From: Podarcis vaucheri
Lineage: Eukaryota
Assembly: GCA_965113315.1 (NCBI GenBank)
Contig: OZ220366.1
Length of the DNA stretch: 64,000 nucleotides
Strand: one strand, 5' to 3'
The notes below the pieces were generated by a model. The model was not told the DNA's origin. It made no database searches and saw nothing but the letters and a program-made list of their open reading frames with translations. Positions 37,932 to 50,892 of this stretch are shown in pieces. Every line of letters begins with the position of its first letter. Within the stretch, counting starts at the first letter, position 1. The position numbers and the translations under genes were made by a program.

Positions 37932-38200
37932 CAGTGGTGCCTCGCAAGACGAAATTAATCCATTTTGTGAGTCTCTTCGTCTTGCGTTTTTTTCGTCTTG
38001 CGAAGCACGGCTATTAGCGGCTTAGCGGCTATTAACGGCTTAGCGGCTTTAAGAAAAAGGAAACAAACTCGCAAGACGTTTCGTCTTGCGAAGCAAGCCC
38101 ATAGGGAAATTCGTCTTGCGGAACGACTCAAAAAACGGAAAACTCTTTCGTCTTGTGCGTTTTTCGTCTTGCGAGGCATTCGTCTTGCGAGGTACCACTG
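37932..38200. mobile_element. Tigger-like MITE, CGTCTTGCG family
   Basis: TA|CAGTGGTGCCTCGCAAGACGAA...TTCGTCTTGCGAGGTACCACTG|TA, with many internal CGTCTTGCG motifs. Confidence 0.92.
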
Positions 38201-41028
38201 TATAAGGCTCATTAATTGAACTTTTAACCGCCTCTTTTACAACATACAGTTATCTGCGATCGCATTGTACACATATGCACCTTGGTCCAGTTAGGCGACT
38301 GAGGAAGTACGTGTGCCAACAGGTAGTGCATACCTGTTCTTTTCCCTGATCCAGCACTGAAAGTTGTACATGCAGAGCCATTCCTAAAAAGCTAAAATCC
38401 CCAAGCAGTTGTTATGGCAGAGAAGTGTAGGACAGAATCCACCCAAATCCTGCTTCACCTTCTCCACCAAATAATAATGATTGGCAGGACATTTCTTTTC
38501 TTTTCTTTTCCAAACCTCTGTGCCTGCTAGGTTGAACCAGAGTCTTAACCTCAAATCTTCAGCATGTTTTTATGTCATGTGGTGTTTACTCACAGAAATG
38601 AAGATCTGTATGGCTTCATTTCACAGTAATAGGCTGTGATCCAGGAAAATGTATAATGCATGTGGAAACATGTTTTCACACATAGAAGAGCTATTTTCCT
38701 CATGCATGTGGTTTGCCCAATGAAAATCAAACAGTTTCCACATTCACAAGCCATTTGTGTTCTAATTGTCTACTTGTTCTCCTTTGTTCCTCATACCCAG
38801 TTGTATACAACTTATGCACCCTTATAGAGATATTTAAGTGGTTTATTTTGTGCACGTAGTTTCCTGGGTCATGTGCTATATTTTACAGATAATCTAGTAC
38901 AGTAGTTTGAAAGTTCGGTTCTGAAGGTTTCTCATTTAACTATGTCTTTATTTTTTACTCTTTTTTTGAAGGCATAGCATCTTACTCTATTTATATCAAA
39001 CTATATCTTTTGTTGACTTAGGTAATAAATACATTGTAAGTGAACAGTATATATTCAATAAACTCTATGACTCAGAGCATTTATTACTGGCTCTATGGCT
39101 ACACCTATTCTTTAGTACAGTTTTAAAGGTCATTCAACAATAACTGGATGTAGGTTGCTGTGAAATATTCAACAATGGTGCATGGCATGGTTGTTCTGTT
39201 GTGAAGCATCTGAGTCAGACAATGTAGGCAGGGCTTTCTTCACGATCAGGATTTTCTTTCCCACGTTGCCTTGTTGGCTGCATCATTCAGGGCTGCCATG
39301 GCATAGATTTGGCTATGAATTGTGCTGGGTGCTCATTTCTCCCTGTAAACTAATCTGCTCCTTCCCTGCTCAAGCTAAATAGAATTTGTCAATCTGAACT
39401 TTAAATTCTATAATTCCCTTTCTTGGTAGCTCAGAACAATTGTACTTTTATTAAAATAGATAATATATTTACAGAGTGTGTTGAGCTGATTAAGTTTATG
39501 TGATACTTTGCAGGTTGGTGGTGGCCATGCCAGCATTTCCAGCCCAAAGATTATGGTCCTTTTTTTCTTTTTCATGTGCACATAGCACATGTGGCTGCAT
39601 TCTTCCTTATCTCCATGTGTAGTCTTCTCTATTCCGGGCACTTTGAACAGCAGCTGCTGCTGGAAATGGAAAGGAGAGAGGCAGTCCTTACTTCTTGTGG
39701 ATCATTCACCTCCTCTAATCCTTCACCCAATCTTCTTCAGATGGGCTTTTTTCTATAAATTAATGTCTGTAGTCTACGATTACTGTGCTACAGTAGAAGG
39801 CTGTAATTTGGTGTATCTGCTGGCAGTATTGGTGATTAAGCAAACGAGTAAATGAGGATGGATGCTTCTCTGTACCTCACTGTAAGAAGTGCTGAGTAAT
39901 AAACAAGTGTAAAGAAACTTAGCACTCCATGGTTTGGCCCTTGTCAATACCAATGGAGAATTATACTTTGCTTTCTAGGAATCTCAGCAATTTAAGTGCA
40001 TTGATTTACTGTAAACGGAATGAAAAATGAGTCTAGAATAAACTTTCTGCTCATGGCATTGCAGATATTTTTCGTGTACCTTAAAATAATAGTAGAATAT
40101 TGGTTATGAATTGAATCATGAATGCAAAAATCTCTGGGGAAAATAATAAAAACAAAAGGCTCAATAACTTTTTTTAAAAAACCATGCCATTTTATATATA
40201 ATAATCTCTTTCAAATGTTGGCCTTTTCGTATTGGTGCTGTGGCATTCCACAGGGAAGGCAAAACCTTGGCCATAGAAGACTTAAATGTCTGGAGCAGCT
40301 CTGAAGTGGATAGACAGATGGTGCTGTTGGAATATATAATCTGCTTTCCCCCCCTCTGGAGACTAAGAATGGCACCTGAATAATGTACCAATAATCTGTC
40401 CCTGCTGCATTTGTATTTCACCGATTAGAATTAACTGGGCTTTTAAACTGTATGCACAAGAGGAATGTCATATTTGCTTCATATCCTCTTGGTCTTATAA
40501 CACATGTTTAGTCTTATAAAATTCATTTTTTTTCTTGAGAGTGAGAGATTAAAAGGCTTTAATTCATGTATAAAATGACATTAACCCCACAGATAGCCTC
40601 TAAAGATTACATCCAGATGGCAAGTATACATAGCAGAAAAGCACCAGTTTCTCTGTAGCCTTCATAGAGCTGCTGATTCATATGACACTTCTAACATGCC
40701 ACATGGGGCTCATGATGAGGTTTGACTTTGTTCTGAAGTGGCCATCTGATTGCTTCAGGCACAGCCAGATTGTAGTTTAATTTGCAGTGCTTCTGCTCTT
40801 GGGTTTACAGTGATATGGAGAGCCATGCCACAGTCTGGTCACAATGTGTAGTCCTCAAATGAATCCAACATTCACTCCAATTGCAGTAACTCTCTCTCTC
40901 TTTTACATGTGGCACCATTTCTCTCAGTTTCACATCTAGTTGGATCTCAGTTCAAAGACATTTGCTCGTCACCCAGTAACTTACTGATGGCTTGCATGTA
41001 TACAATTAGCACCAATGATTAAATACTA

Positions 41029-41347
41029 CAGTGGTGCCCCGCAAGATGAATGCCTCGCAAGACGGAAAACTCGCTAGACGAAAGAGTTTTCTGTTTTGGA
41101 GGTGCTTCGCTTCGCAAAACGAATCTCCTATGGGCTTGCTTCGCAAGACGAAAATGTCTTGCGAGTTCCTGCGATTTTTTCCCCTTCCCCCTTTTTCTAA
41201 GCCGCTAAGCCACTTATCAGCTGATCCGATAAGCCGCTAATAGCGCTAATCCACTAATCCGTCAATGGGCTTGCTTCGCAAGACGAAAAAACCGCTAGAT
41301 GAAGAGAATCACAGAACGGATTCTTTTCGTCTTGCGAGGCACCACTG
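41029..41347. mobile_element. Tigger-like MITE, CGTCTTGCG family (opposite orientation to 37932)
   Basis: TA|CAGTGGTGCCCCGCAAGA...TCTTGCGAGGCACCACTG|TA. Confidence 0.92.
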
Positions 41348-41695
41348 TATAGACAGGACTTTTGTATCACCTCATACAATAATTTTAAATAGGGTCTGTT
41401 TTTCCATGAATAAGTCATTGAATGATACACTGAAGTGACAAGATGCTGTGTAGCATATATGTATGTGTGAATCAGTCCTGAGTTAAATGGTAAAGGAAAC
41501 AGGCCTTACTTACAGATACACAGCCATCATATACTTTTAATTAAAATTTTCAGCGGATCATAAATGCACACAAACACAACAGACTGTATCTGACATTTGA
41601 CCAAGTCCAAATATTCCACTTATCTCCAGGAGGAAAGACTCAGAACTGTTTCTGAGCGCTAATGGTAGACCATTACTTTAAATCGCTACATGAAT

Positions 41696-41828
41696 CAGGT
41701 GGGGAACCTGAGGCCCTCCAAGTGTTGTTGGACTCCAGCTCCCATCAGCCCCAGCCAGTATGGCCAGTAGTCAGGAATGTTGGAGGTTGTAGTCCAATTT
41801 CCAGAGAGCCACAGGTGCCCCGGCCCTG
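41696..41828. mobile_element. Short palindromic hAT-like MITE (related copies near 19810-19915 and 50306-50430)
   Basis: cagg..ggaacctgaggccctc..ggactccagctcccatc / ggaggttgtagtcc..gagagccacaggt..ccctg imperfect inverted arms. Confidence 0.6.
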
Positions 41829-42199
41829 ACAAGCAATTAGGGTAACATGAACGTTTTCAGAAAGAGACAGGCGAATGGTACTTTTGAGGATTTTGTTGAT
41901 CCTTTTATAATCTAAAACAATGTAAAGTGGATAAAGTGAACTACTTTCATCTGCAAACCTCATCCAAGGGTGCAGATCACTGTAGTTAGGACACAATTAT
42001 TTGACAAAAATAGCTTTACATACATGTTTCTGCCAGGGGTTGGACATGATGACCCACAAAGCCTTCTCCGCTGTGGTACTATGAGTCAATAGCTATTTAA
42101 AAATCTCCACTAATTACACCTGTAATGGCATATATAGATTATACATTTGAGTATTTTGACGGGTGGTGGTGGGAAATAACTTAATCATGATGGCTATAA

Positions 42200-42360
42200 T
42201 TCCTTCAGTATCAGAGGCAATACCAGTTGCAAGGGGCCATAAGTGGGAGAGAGCTATTGCACTTTTGTCCTATTTGTGGGTTTCCCATAAGCATCTGGTT
42301 GGCCCCTGTGGGAACAGGGCGCTGGCCTAGAGTAGACTTTGGTCTGATCCAGCAAGATTC
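42200..42360 (+). mobile_element. Degraded LINE (probably CR1) 3' end; related pieces near 55510-55660 and 60950-61080
   Basis: Shared motif ttccc..gcatctggttggcc.ctgtg..aacagg..gctgg.cta..ggtctgatcca in three places. Confidence 0.5.
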
Positions 42361-42516
42361 TTCAAAGTAGAAACATTGCTTTAGATTTTTGAAATAAAAG
42401 AGACCAGTGCCTATTGTACTAATCTTTCTGTGTCTGTTTAAAATTTCACTTTATATAACTGAGTATGCCTAGGAGCTTTTGCTAATGTTCCAATAATGAT
42501 ATTTCTTCTGTTCCAG

Positions 42517-45078
42517 GAAAACAGAATGTGAGCTGGGTGCACCTGCAGTTACTTATGCAACATATCGAGGTTCTGCAAGAATTAAGCAATTGCTTAAGAA
42601 ACAAGCGGAATTGGAGCAAGAAAAACAAACCTCAACCAGCATTAACAGCACTACAGCCAAAAACAAAGAAAACAGGACTGTAAGCCTTCCAGACTCAGAA
42701 ACTACTACAACAAAGAAAGAATCTTCGTTGAAAACAAACTCGGGACCTAAGACTAACGATGACACAAAGGATTCACAAGCAAACGTATTTTTGGCAGAAA
42801 TGGATTTGGGGGGAAATTCTCTGGATGTCTTGGGCAATTGTGAGCACAAAGAACTGAAGAACAAAATTACCTTGTTGACAGAAATGGAAACAATCAAAAA
42901 TTGCATTGAGGAACTGGTTTCTGTGAAACATACAGCAGTTTCCAGCACACCAGAACTTAATAGGAACCTTCTGTTGAAAGCCAATTTCAGTTGCCAGAAT
43001 AGAGATGCTGTTAGTATGAGTTCAGAAAATAGCAGATTGCTTGAAAATAGGGAGGAGGTGTTAGGGGAAATACAAATGGAGATTCAGTCAATCAATGCTA
43101 CCACTGTTGGCTTTCAAAAAGGAATGCAGTTTTGCGCTTTTTCTAACACAGAAACAAAAGAGACAATGCAAGAGGAGTTTTTTTCGCACCCCAAAGTAGA
43201 CTTAGGTGATAATGAGCAACAGTTGCTAGAAAACAAAGGTCCCTGCAATAGTTGGACTGGGGATCAATTCAAACTAAAAGAGAACCAAACATTGCATTTG
43301 AATAGTATTATAGGTAGGGGACAGGCAGTTAGCAGGGTAGAAAGTGAAACTGAAGAATCACACCAAAAAGTGACAGAGCAGAACGAGAAAAACATGCAGA
43401 TCATTTCACCAGATGGGCACTTACCTCTCCACGAACAAAAAGTTGGAGAAGAAATGCAGTTGGTGTTGCAGGATACAAATTGCAAAAAAGGTGATATATC
43501 AGCAGGAGTCGGTATGCTTGCTTCAGTCCAATCCAAAGAAATGGTTCAAAATGTAGATATATTTGGCAAAAGCGATCTAAAGTGTGAAGAGGCCACTGAG
43601 CCCATTGTACTTACAGATACACAAAACAATCATAACTTCCCCATGACGTCTGAGAATGGAACTAATAATTTTACCAATGATAATTTGTATGTGCCTGTGA
43701 CACAATTTGACCATGTTAGAATGACAGGTGCTTCTCCTAACACAACTGAGGTAAACCATGCCAACACATCCTTGTTAGCTGCTGAATATGAAAATGTGGT
43801 GTCTCGGGTGGCATCAGCTTTCTTAGAAACAGGTGGTACCAGCACTGAGGAGGCTGTGGGCACTATGGATGGTGCCCGTCTTATCCTTGAGGCTAAAGAT
43901 GACAACTGCCATATTTCTGAGAGAGTTGAGGATGAAACTCTGATCGAAACATTGACTGGTTTACATAGTCCTCTTCCTCTCGCTGAAGACAAAACCAAGC
44001 CCATCAAATTAGAGAACTCAGAACTTAAAAGCAACACAGGCACTACTACAGTGGCCAAACCTATATCTGCACAAAAAAATGATCCATTAGTTGATGAAAT
44101 AAAAAATCAAACTGAAGCAAAAATGGCTTATGAAACTAAAGAGGACATCTCAATAGGTCTACCTCCTGTCTCTTCTTCTAAAGAGGCATGCTTCCCCGAG
44201 ATCTCTCCTCCTGTTGTGAAATCAGAAGAAAATAGTTATTTATCATTTCCTTCTTCTCCGTTACGTGTCTTGGTCAGTAACTCTTTCATCTCTGGAGATA
44301 GCAAAATCATTTTGGACGATGTGTCTAAACCCGTCCTTAATTCTGAAGATCACAGTTTGTTGGGGGCTTTGTGTTCTTTGGCTGATAAACAGGATTGCAC
44401 TAACCAGTCTCTAAGTGATTCTGCAGGGACTATCAATGGTCAAATATGTTGTTCTGCCTCTACATGTGAAACTAACCAAGTTATCTCAAAGTCAGAGGAC
44501 TGTGGACCTGCGAGCCTTCTTATTGCTGCTGAATTTGGGTGTGCAGGTCAAGTTCCTGGTACTTTTTTGGAATCTGAAAGCATTCCTGAAACTAATATTA
44601 CCTTTGACACAGCTGAAATTGCTGATAGTAGAAGTGAGATTTTACTGCGCTCTGAAGAAATGAAGGATATGTCTGCCTCTTGCTTGGTAGACTCTAGATC
44701 TAACCTGGCAAAAGAGGATCTTCCTGTTTCTACATTTGAAAATGTATATACTTTCAAGCCTGTGTCACCCATTACATGCTTTAAAGATAGCTCAAAGCTT
44801 AGTTCTCCTGCCTGTGAAACATCAGATTTTGTTTTAGACAAGAATCATTCTCTTCCTATTGATTCTGAAGAAAAGAAGGGCAAGGTTTCACCTAAATATA
44901 AACCAAATAGTCTACACTCTAAATCAGTGTCAGAAGCAGAGTACCCAGTCCCATTCTTGTCCCCAGTTGCCTGTGATGTGGAAGCTACAGGACCTGCAAA
45001 GATTGTACTAGGAATGTCTTTCACTACACAGCAGAGAAAAGAGGAGCAAAGAGCTTCAGGCCAGCTAAATCTTCACTA

Positions 45079-45109
<31 letters not shown>

Positions 45110-47290
45110 AATTCAAACACCTTTGAAATGGGTGATCAAGCAATTACAACTTTGTTTACAGAATCAAGCAGCCAGTTTTCCGAGGAAGCACTGAATGATG
45201 TTGAAACAGGAAGGCAAGTACAAATTAAATCCCAAGACTTAACTGTTTTGCTCCAAAAGGCTGATGAAATAGTTGATGCAGTTCTGCGTTTAGCCATAGA
45301 AGAAATAAGATCAAAGCAAGCAGCTGGCGTCTGCCAGCCTAATGACATTAAGGACAATTTATTAGGGCTCAGCCTTCAAAAAGATCAGAAAAATAGAAAA
45401 ATGCTGTCAGAATCAAAAGAAATGCAGTCAAGGAATTCATCATTAAAGCATTTTAATGAGGGTTGTATCAGAAAGCTTTCTGAAGTTAAAGCAAAAGACA
45501 CACTTGGCACAAATATTAAAGATGAAAAAATACCATTTGACATTACAGATAAAATTGACCTACATAGTTCAATAGCACTAAAAGCGAAAGAAATAATTGA
45601 TGATGTTATTAATGCAGCCATACGAAAAGTGACATATAATCAGCATGAGGACCATCTGAGCAATGGCATTCTTCAAAATTCAGCCCTTAAGTCCAACACT
45701 GAAGCATCAAAGAAGCTTACTACTGATACTGAATTAACAGCTAAACTTCCCAAAATAATTGAAGAACCTTTAAATTTAAGTCCAATATATGGAACTTCAG
45801 TATGCGATATAATCAGTGAAGGTAAAGTAGCAAACTCCTCAGCATCTTTGTATAGTAATATGAAAGACGACCACAAAGAAATAACAGGTGGAGAACAGAA
45901 AAATGAAAATGACTGGTCTGATCCCACAGCTACTATAGAATGCAGCCCTCCTATAGTCAATGGCAAAAACAGTAAACATGTCAATTGTACTATGTGCATG
46001 ACAGATGCCGGTGAGGAAACGAAGTGGACAATTGATGATAAATCTGAATATTCCTCATATTTAATAAATGAAGAAACTGTAATGGATGAAGTGCATTTTC
46101 CACCATTTGGACCTTTAGATTCACTTGGAAATAATGTAGGGAAGAATCTGCCTGAATATGTTTTTAAAGAGGGTGACTCTGCAGAAGTTGTAAGAGAGGA
46201 ACCATGTGAAAAATATTATGAAATAGAACGTGAAAAGGTCTGTGGTAAAATGATGAAAGCTTACGCAGTGCCTCAGAATGTTTGTAAATTTGGTACCCAG
46301 TTCAGTATGTCTGAACGGCCTGTAATGAACAGCTCAGCAAAGATTGGCTTGAACTCAGATTTTTCCTTTAAGAAAGAAGCAGTCGTTGAGACAGGTTTAA
46401 CAGTGCTCAAGGAATATTATCTGGATGTTGATGATGATTGTGGAAATGGAGAGAAATCCCCCAAGTTATTTGCTTCTTCTCCACCAGAAGAGTTGGACAG
46501 CAGTTCTTTCACCATTTTGTATGAAGGTGCTCTTCAAGATAATAGCTATTTCTTTTCAACAGAAGAACCAGATCATCCCTTATCATCCCCTCCTGACCAA
46601 TCCCTGGATAATAATCAACATTTTCTTATGTGTAAAACTGTAAAAGGCAAACTTGAGTCTGTCCACCCTTGTGAACAAAGCAGCCAATTAAACAATCTTT
46701 CTTCAGAAGCATTTGTGACAGTGGAAGCAAAGCGATTCAGTGTTTACCCTTTCTCTTTGTCTCCTATATATGAAGATGACAGTTCTCAAGAGGACTTGCT
46801 GTCCGCTGATGGCTCACCAGAAGGTAATCCTATTGAAAGAGCCAACCAATCCTTGTCAGTCTTATCACTTCTTCAGTCAGTGTCTGAACGGTTAAGATCT
46901 AGCAGCCAGTGTAATGACGAAGAGGAAGAGAATATTTGTGAAGAAAACAAACCAGAGGATGAAAAAGAATCATATCTTTCCAGTCAGGGGCCAAACAGCT
47001 TGTGCACAGCAGTCCCAGAAAACATTCATGAGAGGAGATACTCACATTTTCTTTCTAAGGAGGCACTTAACGCAGAAGAGACCTTATCTTTAAGTTCAGT
47101 GCCTTCAGCTCAGCTTTTACAAAAATCTGATCGTGGCATACGTTCTTCTTCAAAGAGTATATACTATGAAAGTCTGCAGAGTTCAAGAACTTATTCCAGC
47201 GAGAAGGGAACTCGATTTAGGAGTGTTTTGGTGCCAAAGGATCAGCAGCCTGAAAGTAGTGGCTTGCAAAAACCGGCAGCTTTTCAAGTG
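42517..47290 (+). CDS. CRYBG3: CRYBG3 exon 4, giant exon (4,774 bp) encoding the long low-complexity AKAP region
   Basis: ttccag|G AAA ACA...CAA GTG|gtaagg, open throughout. Conserved blocks include PAVTYATYRG, SSFTILYE, VEAKRFSVYPFSLSPIYEDDSSQEDLLS, SVLSLLQSVSERL and SSEKGTRF. Confidence 0.97.
45083..45109 (+). repeat. Coding (GCT)9 repeat, poly-Ala9
   Basis: Pure GCT run in frame within CRYBG3 exon 4. Confidence 0.95.
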
Positions 47291-48149
47291 GTAAGGTGCT
47301 TTTCATTAATTTTATATGTGTAATGAAACTATTAAATGAGCATAATGGGGTGGGGTTGTAGGTGTACATACACACATACATTTAGAGTATCCTATTTCAT
47401 GTCTTTGTGTGAGCGTGTTCAGTTTTAATTGTGCCAGACATTTCAGTTTTGGTTTTGTTACTAACACAGTTATTATTGGGGTTATGTTCACGTAATAATT
47501 AAGCTGAGGCAATAGGCATAAACACCAATCTTTGGGGTAAACACATTGTGGAGAGAGAGAATTTCTTATATTCACGGGCTATTGTCTGGGGGCAGTTTAC
47601 AGACATAGTGTGGAAAATTACATTCTTTCAGTTCACCCAGTGTAGAGGGGAATCACAGTACACTAGCCAGGTGAAAAGAAAGATGATGAATTTCACTTAG
47701 CAGAAATGCCTGTTCTTCCCCAGCAAGGTGAGGTAGGGTGAGGGAAGGAAACTTAATGCATGAATCTTAAAATAAGGGTAAGAATATATTGGCAGGTATG
47801 TTTATGTTTCCATGTGTGCTGCACCAAAGACGATGAGGACCCCTCATCTTCTATTGAATAATATGAGGGGAGTGTTTTGCATTAACATAAACAGCCACAC
47901 AGGTCAGGAATCATAGACTTACTAATGTTTAATCAACATTAGCTCCAGACACCTTTATGACAAATTTTAATGATGTCTCAAAAGTTCATTCTTTCTTAGG
48001 GCATCACCCATGTTTGTGCTGAAAGCTTTACAATCAGGTTTTTATTTGATATACCAATCTTGTATTTTAAAACACTTGTAATAAGTTTCCACACTAGCTT
48101 GTCAGCACTGATTTTCACCACTAATGAAAAATATTACTATTTAATTTAA

Positions 48150-49340
48150 CAGAAAATGCAAAGACAGTTGCCCCGCATCCACCAACTGGGTACTAGCGGT
48201 TGGACTTGATGACCCTTGTAACACATGGGTATCCAGTGCAGATGTTTTAGCAGAGCGTTCGCACAGCATTGATTATTTGCCCTCTTCAGCAGTGTGCCTG
48301 CTGCATTGTGCAGTAGCTGTAGCATCTGGACCAGAGCACATTGCAGTATCAAGGCAATCAGTGATTACAGTGGCTGGGCTATTCTGTATTCCAAATACAG
48401 GCATAGCTGGCATACCGTATAAACCTGGTAAAAGGCACTCTAATCTACAGAGGATACTTTTGCCTCTAAGGACAAAGCTGTACTCTAAGCTATGTACCTG
48501 CTCCTTCAGAGTGAGTGCAACCCCATATGGAACTGGCAGTTGGCGTATCTTACAAACACAGGAGCCACCTACCCACAGAGGCTTTACCTTCCCAGGAGTC
48601 AAACTCATCCAGTCTAATCTTGCATTCTTCCACTGCCTAGCACAGCCACACACCTGATTCAGATGCTGTGGAGAAATAGATCTGTGTGTCATCCATAGAT
48701 GTAACCCCATAGAGCAAGTCCAAGGGGGCCAAGGAACATGTTCCTAAATCTACTCTCTGGAGTCGATTGCACAGTTATGAATAGAACAAATGTAACAGAG
48801 TGCCTCTGATACCTATCCAGGAGGATACAGTGGTCAATACAGTGGTACCTCTGGTTACAAACTTAATTTGTTCCAGAGGTCTGTTCTTAAGCTGAAACCA
48901 TTTTTATCCTGAGACGCACTTTCGCTAATGGCGCCTCCTGCTCACATCCTGGGGCAAAGTTCGCAACCAGGAGCAACTACTTCCAGGTTAGCGGAGCTCG
49001 TAACCCGAATCTTGCATAACCAGAAGCGTTCGTAACCAGAGGTAACACTGTAGTATCAAAAGCCACTGAGAGTAAGAGCAACAGGGTCACACTCCCCCTG
49101 ACCCTCTCTCAATAAACGTAATCCTTGAGTCAGCCAAGGGCGATTAACTTCTAAAACCAGGCCTGAGCCCAATTGACGTGGATCCAGATAATCAATGTCA
49201 TCTAGGACCACTTGCAGTTGCTCTGCCACTGTCCTCTGCACTACCTAACCCCGAAAAAGGGTATTTGTAACTGGCCAATAGTTATTACACACCATTAGAG
49301 TCCCACAGCATTTGGAAGCCATGAGGATGGCTATCCCTAC
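48150..49340 (-). mobile_element. Old degraded L2 RT fragment interrupted by a MITE
   Basis: Minus-strand fragments LQLLHNAAGTLL..LLKHLHWIP, LTLKEQVHSL and VAEQLQVVLDDIDYLDP parallel the intact L2 ORF2, with frameshifts. Confidence 0.8.
48840..49050. mobile_element. Tigger-like MITE related to the CAGGTTA family, nested in the L2
   Basis: TA|CAGTGGTACCTCTGGTTAC...GTAACCAGAGGTAACACTG|TA. Confidence 0.88.
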
Positions 49341-49419
49341 CTTAAAGGCATACTGCTTAAAATATCTATTGTTGGTTCATTATAGCACTTAAATAATTAT
49401 TTCCTCATTTCACTTTCAG

Positions 49420-49467
49420 TGTCCTGTTGACAGGGAAGGACTCAAATGCAATCAAAGACCAGGAAAA
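49420..49467 (+). CDS. CRYBG3: CRYBG3 exon 5 (48 bp)
   Basis: tttcag|TGT...GGA AAA|gtgagt; CPVDREGLKCNQRPGK. Confidence 0.92.
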
Positions 49468-49967
49468 GTGAGTGTGACCTTTTCACCATATAAGCAAGTA
49501 TAAGATACTGACTGTTTTGCCATGTACATTTGAGTGAAGCAGTGAAAAGTAGGTAGGTAGATAGGGAGAGAGAGAGAGAGAGAGATTCTGCATTTTCCTT
49601 GGATGTAATTAAGATGATTGTCGGCTAGATTCTACTTTTTCCTTGAATGTAGTTGTTGGCTAGAGCAAACAACGAATAAAAACTTTGATTAGTTAATTTA
49701 ATATGAAAAGTATGATCCAACTTTCACTGATTTTGCTCTATTTAAACCAGTGATAATATACTAGTGTAAATGATTTGTGGATGACCCGTTTGATTTTTTG
49801 ATTTGGTTTAGACTGCAGTCCTATATACTTTGAAGCAAGTCCCATGAAGTAAACATGACAAAGACCTTAAAGCCTTTATAAAACTAAACACAACAAGCAG
49901 AATATTTGTTATATATGGGAAACTGAATTTGCTAGTGTTTCCTTAACACCATCGCATGTCATTTCAG

Positions 49968-50077
49968 ATGGTTATTTGTGATGTTCACGGCAACACAATT
50001 GAAATTTACCATGATGTGGTAGATGCTACAGCCTGGGTGTTTTCAAAAGAAGCACTGATCAGAGTTGTCAGAGGATG
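49968..50077 (+). CDS. CRYBG3: CRYBG3 exon 6 (110 bp), first beta/gamma-crystallin motif
   Basis: tttcag|ATG...GGA TG|gtaagg; MVICDVHGNTIEIYHDVVDATAWVFSKEALIRVVRGC. Confidence 0.94.
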
Positions 50078-50659
50078 GTAAGGAACATGCACTTTATGGG
50101 TAAAGTGTTATTTATGTACCTGATTTTAGTGAAGATAAATCAGGTTCCCTAAGTATGCAAATGTTAACATATATTGTAGTTAATTGTCATCCTATGATGA
50201 AATTAATATTTTAATGAACACTTGCTGTTTTTCCATTGTTTGAATAATTACAGTTTTGTTGATTTGATAGAGAAATAAATAAAAATACAAATTTATCAGT
50301 TAAGGCAGGGATAGTCAATCTGTGGCCCTCCATATATTGTTGATTTCCAGCTCCCACACACCAGCCACGTGCCTATAGTCAGGGATAATGGGAGTTACAG
50401 TCTAGCAATATTTGGAGGGCCACAGGTTTCTCTAATTTAAGGGAATGTTCAGTTTTGAATGCTCGGTTTTTAATCTGAAATTTAAAAATATGTCTTATCT
50501 GAACTGTATAAAATACTGTTACATTTCTATTGCAAAGAAGAGAAAGTAAACAAGTGTATGCTAAGTTATAGAACATCATATTTGAAGCATGTGAATATAT
50601 TCAGGAATTTTGAAAAAAAAATAGTAGTGGGTTCATGTGCAGGAAAATGGTTTAAGGTA

Positions 50660-50892
50660 CAGTGGATGCTCGGGTTGCGAACGTGATCTGTGTGGGAGGC
50701 ACGTTTGCAACCCGCAGTGCCGAGTGTGCGCATGCGCGGGTCACAATTCGGTGCTCATGCGCAAAGTGCGATTTAGTGCTTCTGCACATGCGCCAAAACC
50801 CGGAAGTAACCCATTCCAGTACATGCAGGTTCGGCGTGGTGCGCAACCCAAAAACACGCAACCTGAAGCGTCTGTAACCCAAGGTATGACTG
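50660..50892. mobile_element. Tigger-like MITE (further family)
   Basis: TA|CAGTGGATGCTCGGGTTGC...GTAACCCAAGGTATGACTG|TA imperfect TIRs; CpG-rich interior. Confidence 0.75.

Noticed and set aside
42590-47323. Stand-alone single-exon 1577-aa gene
   Set aside because: The listed start is a TTG codon inside an exon. The frame is open back to the acceptor at 42517 and ends at the donor at 47290, so it is CRYBG3 exon 4.
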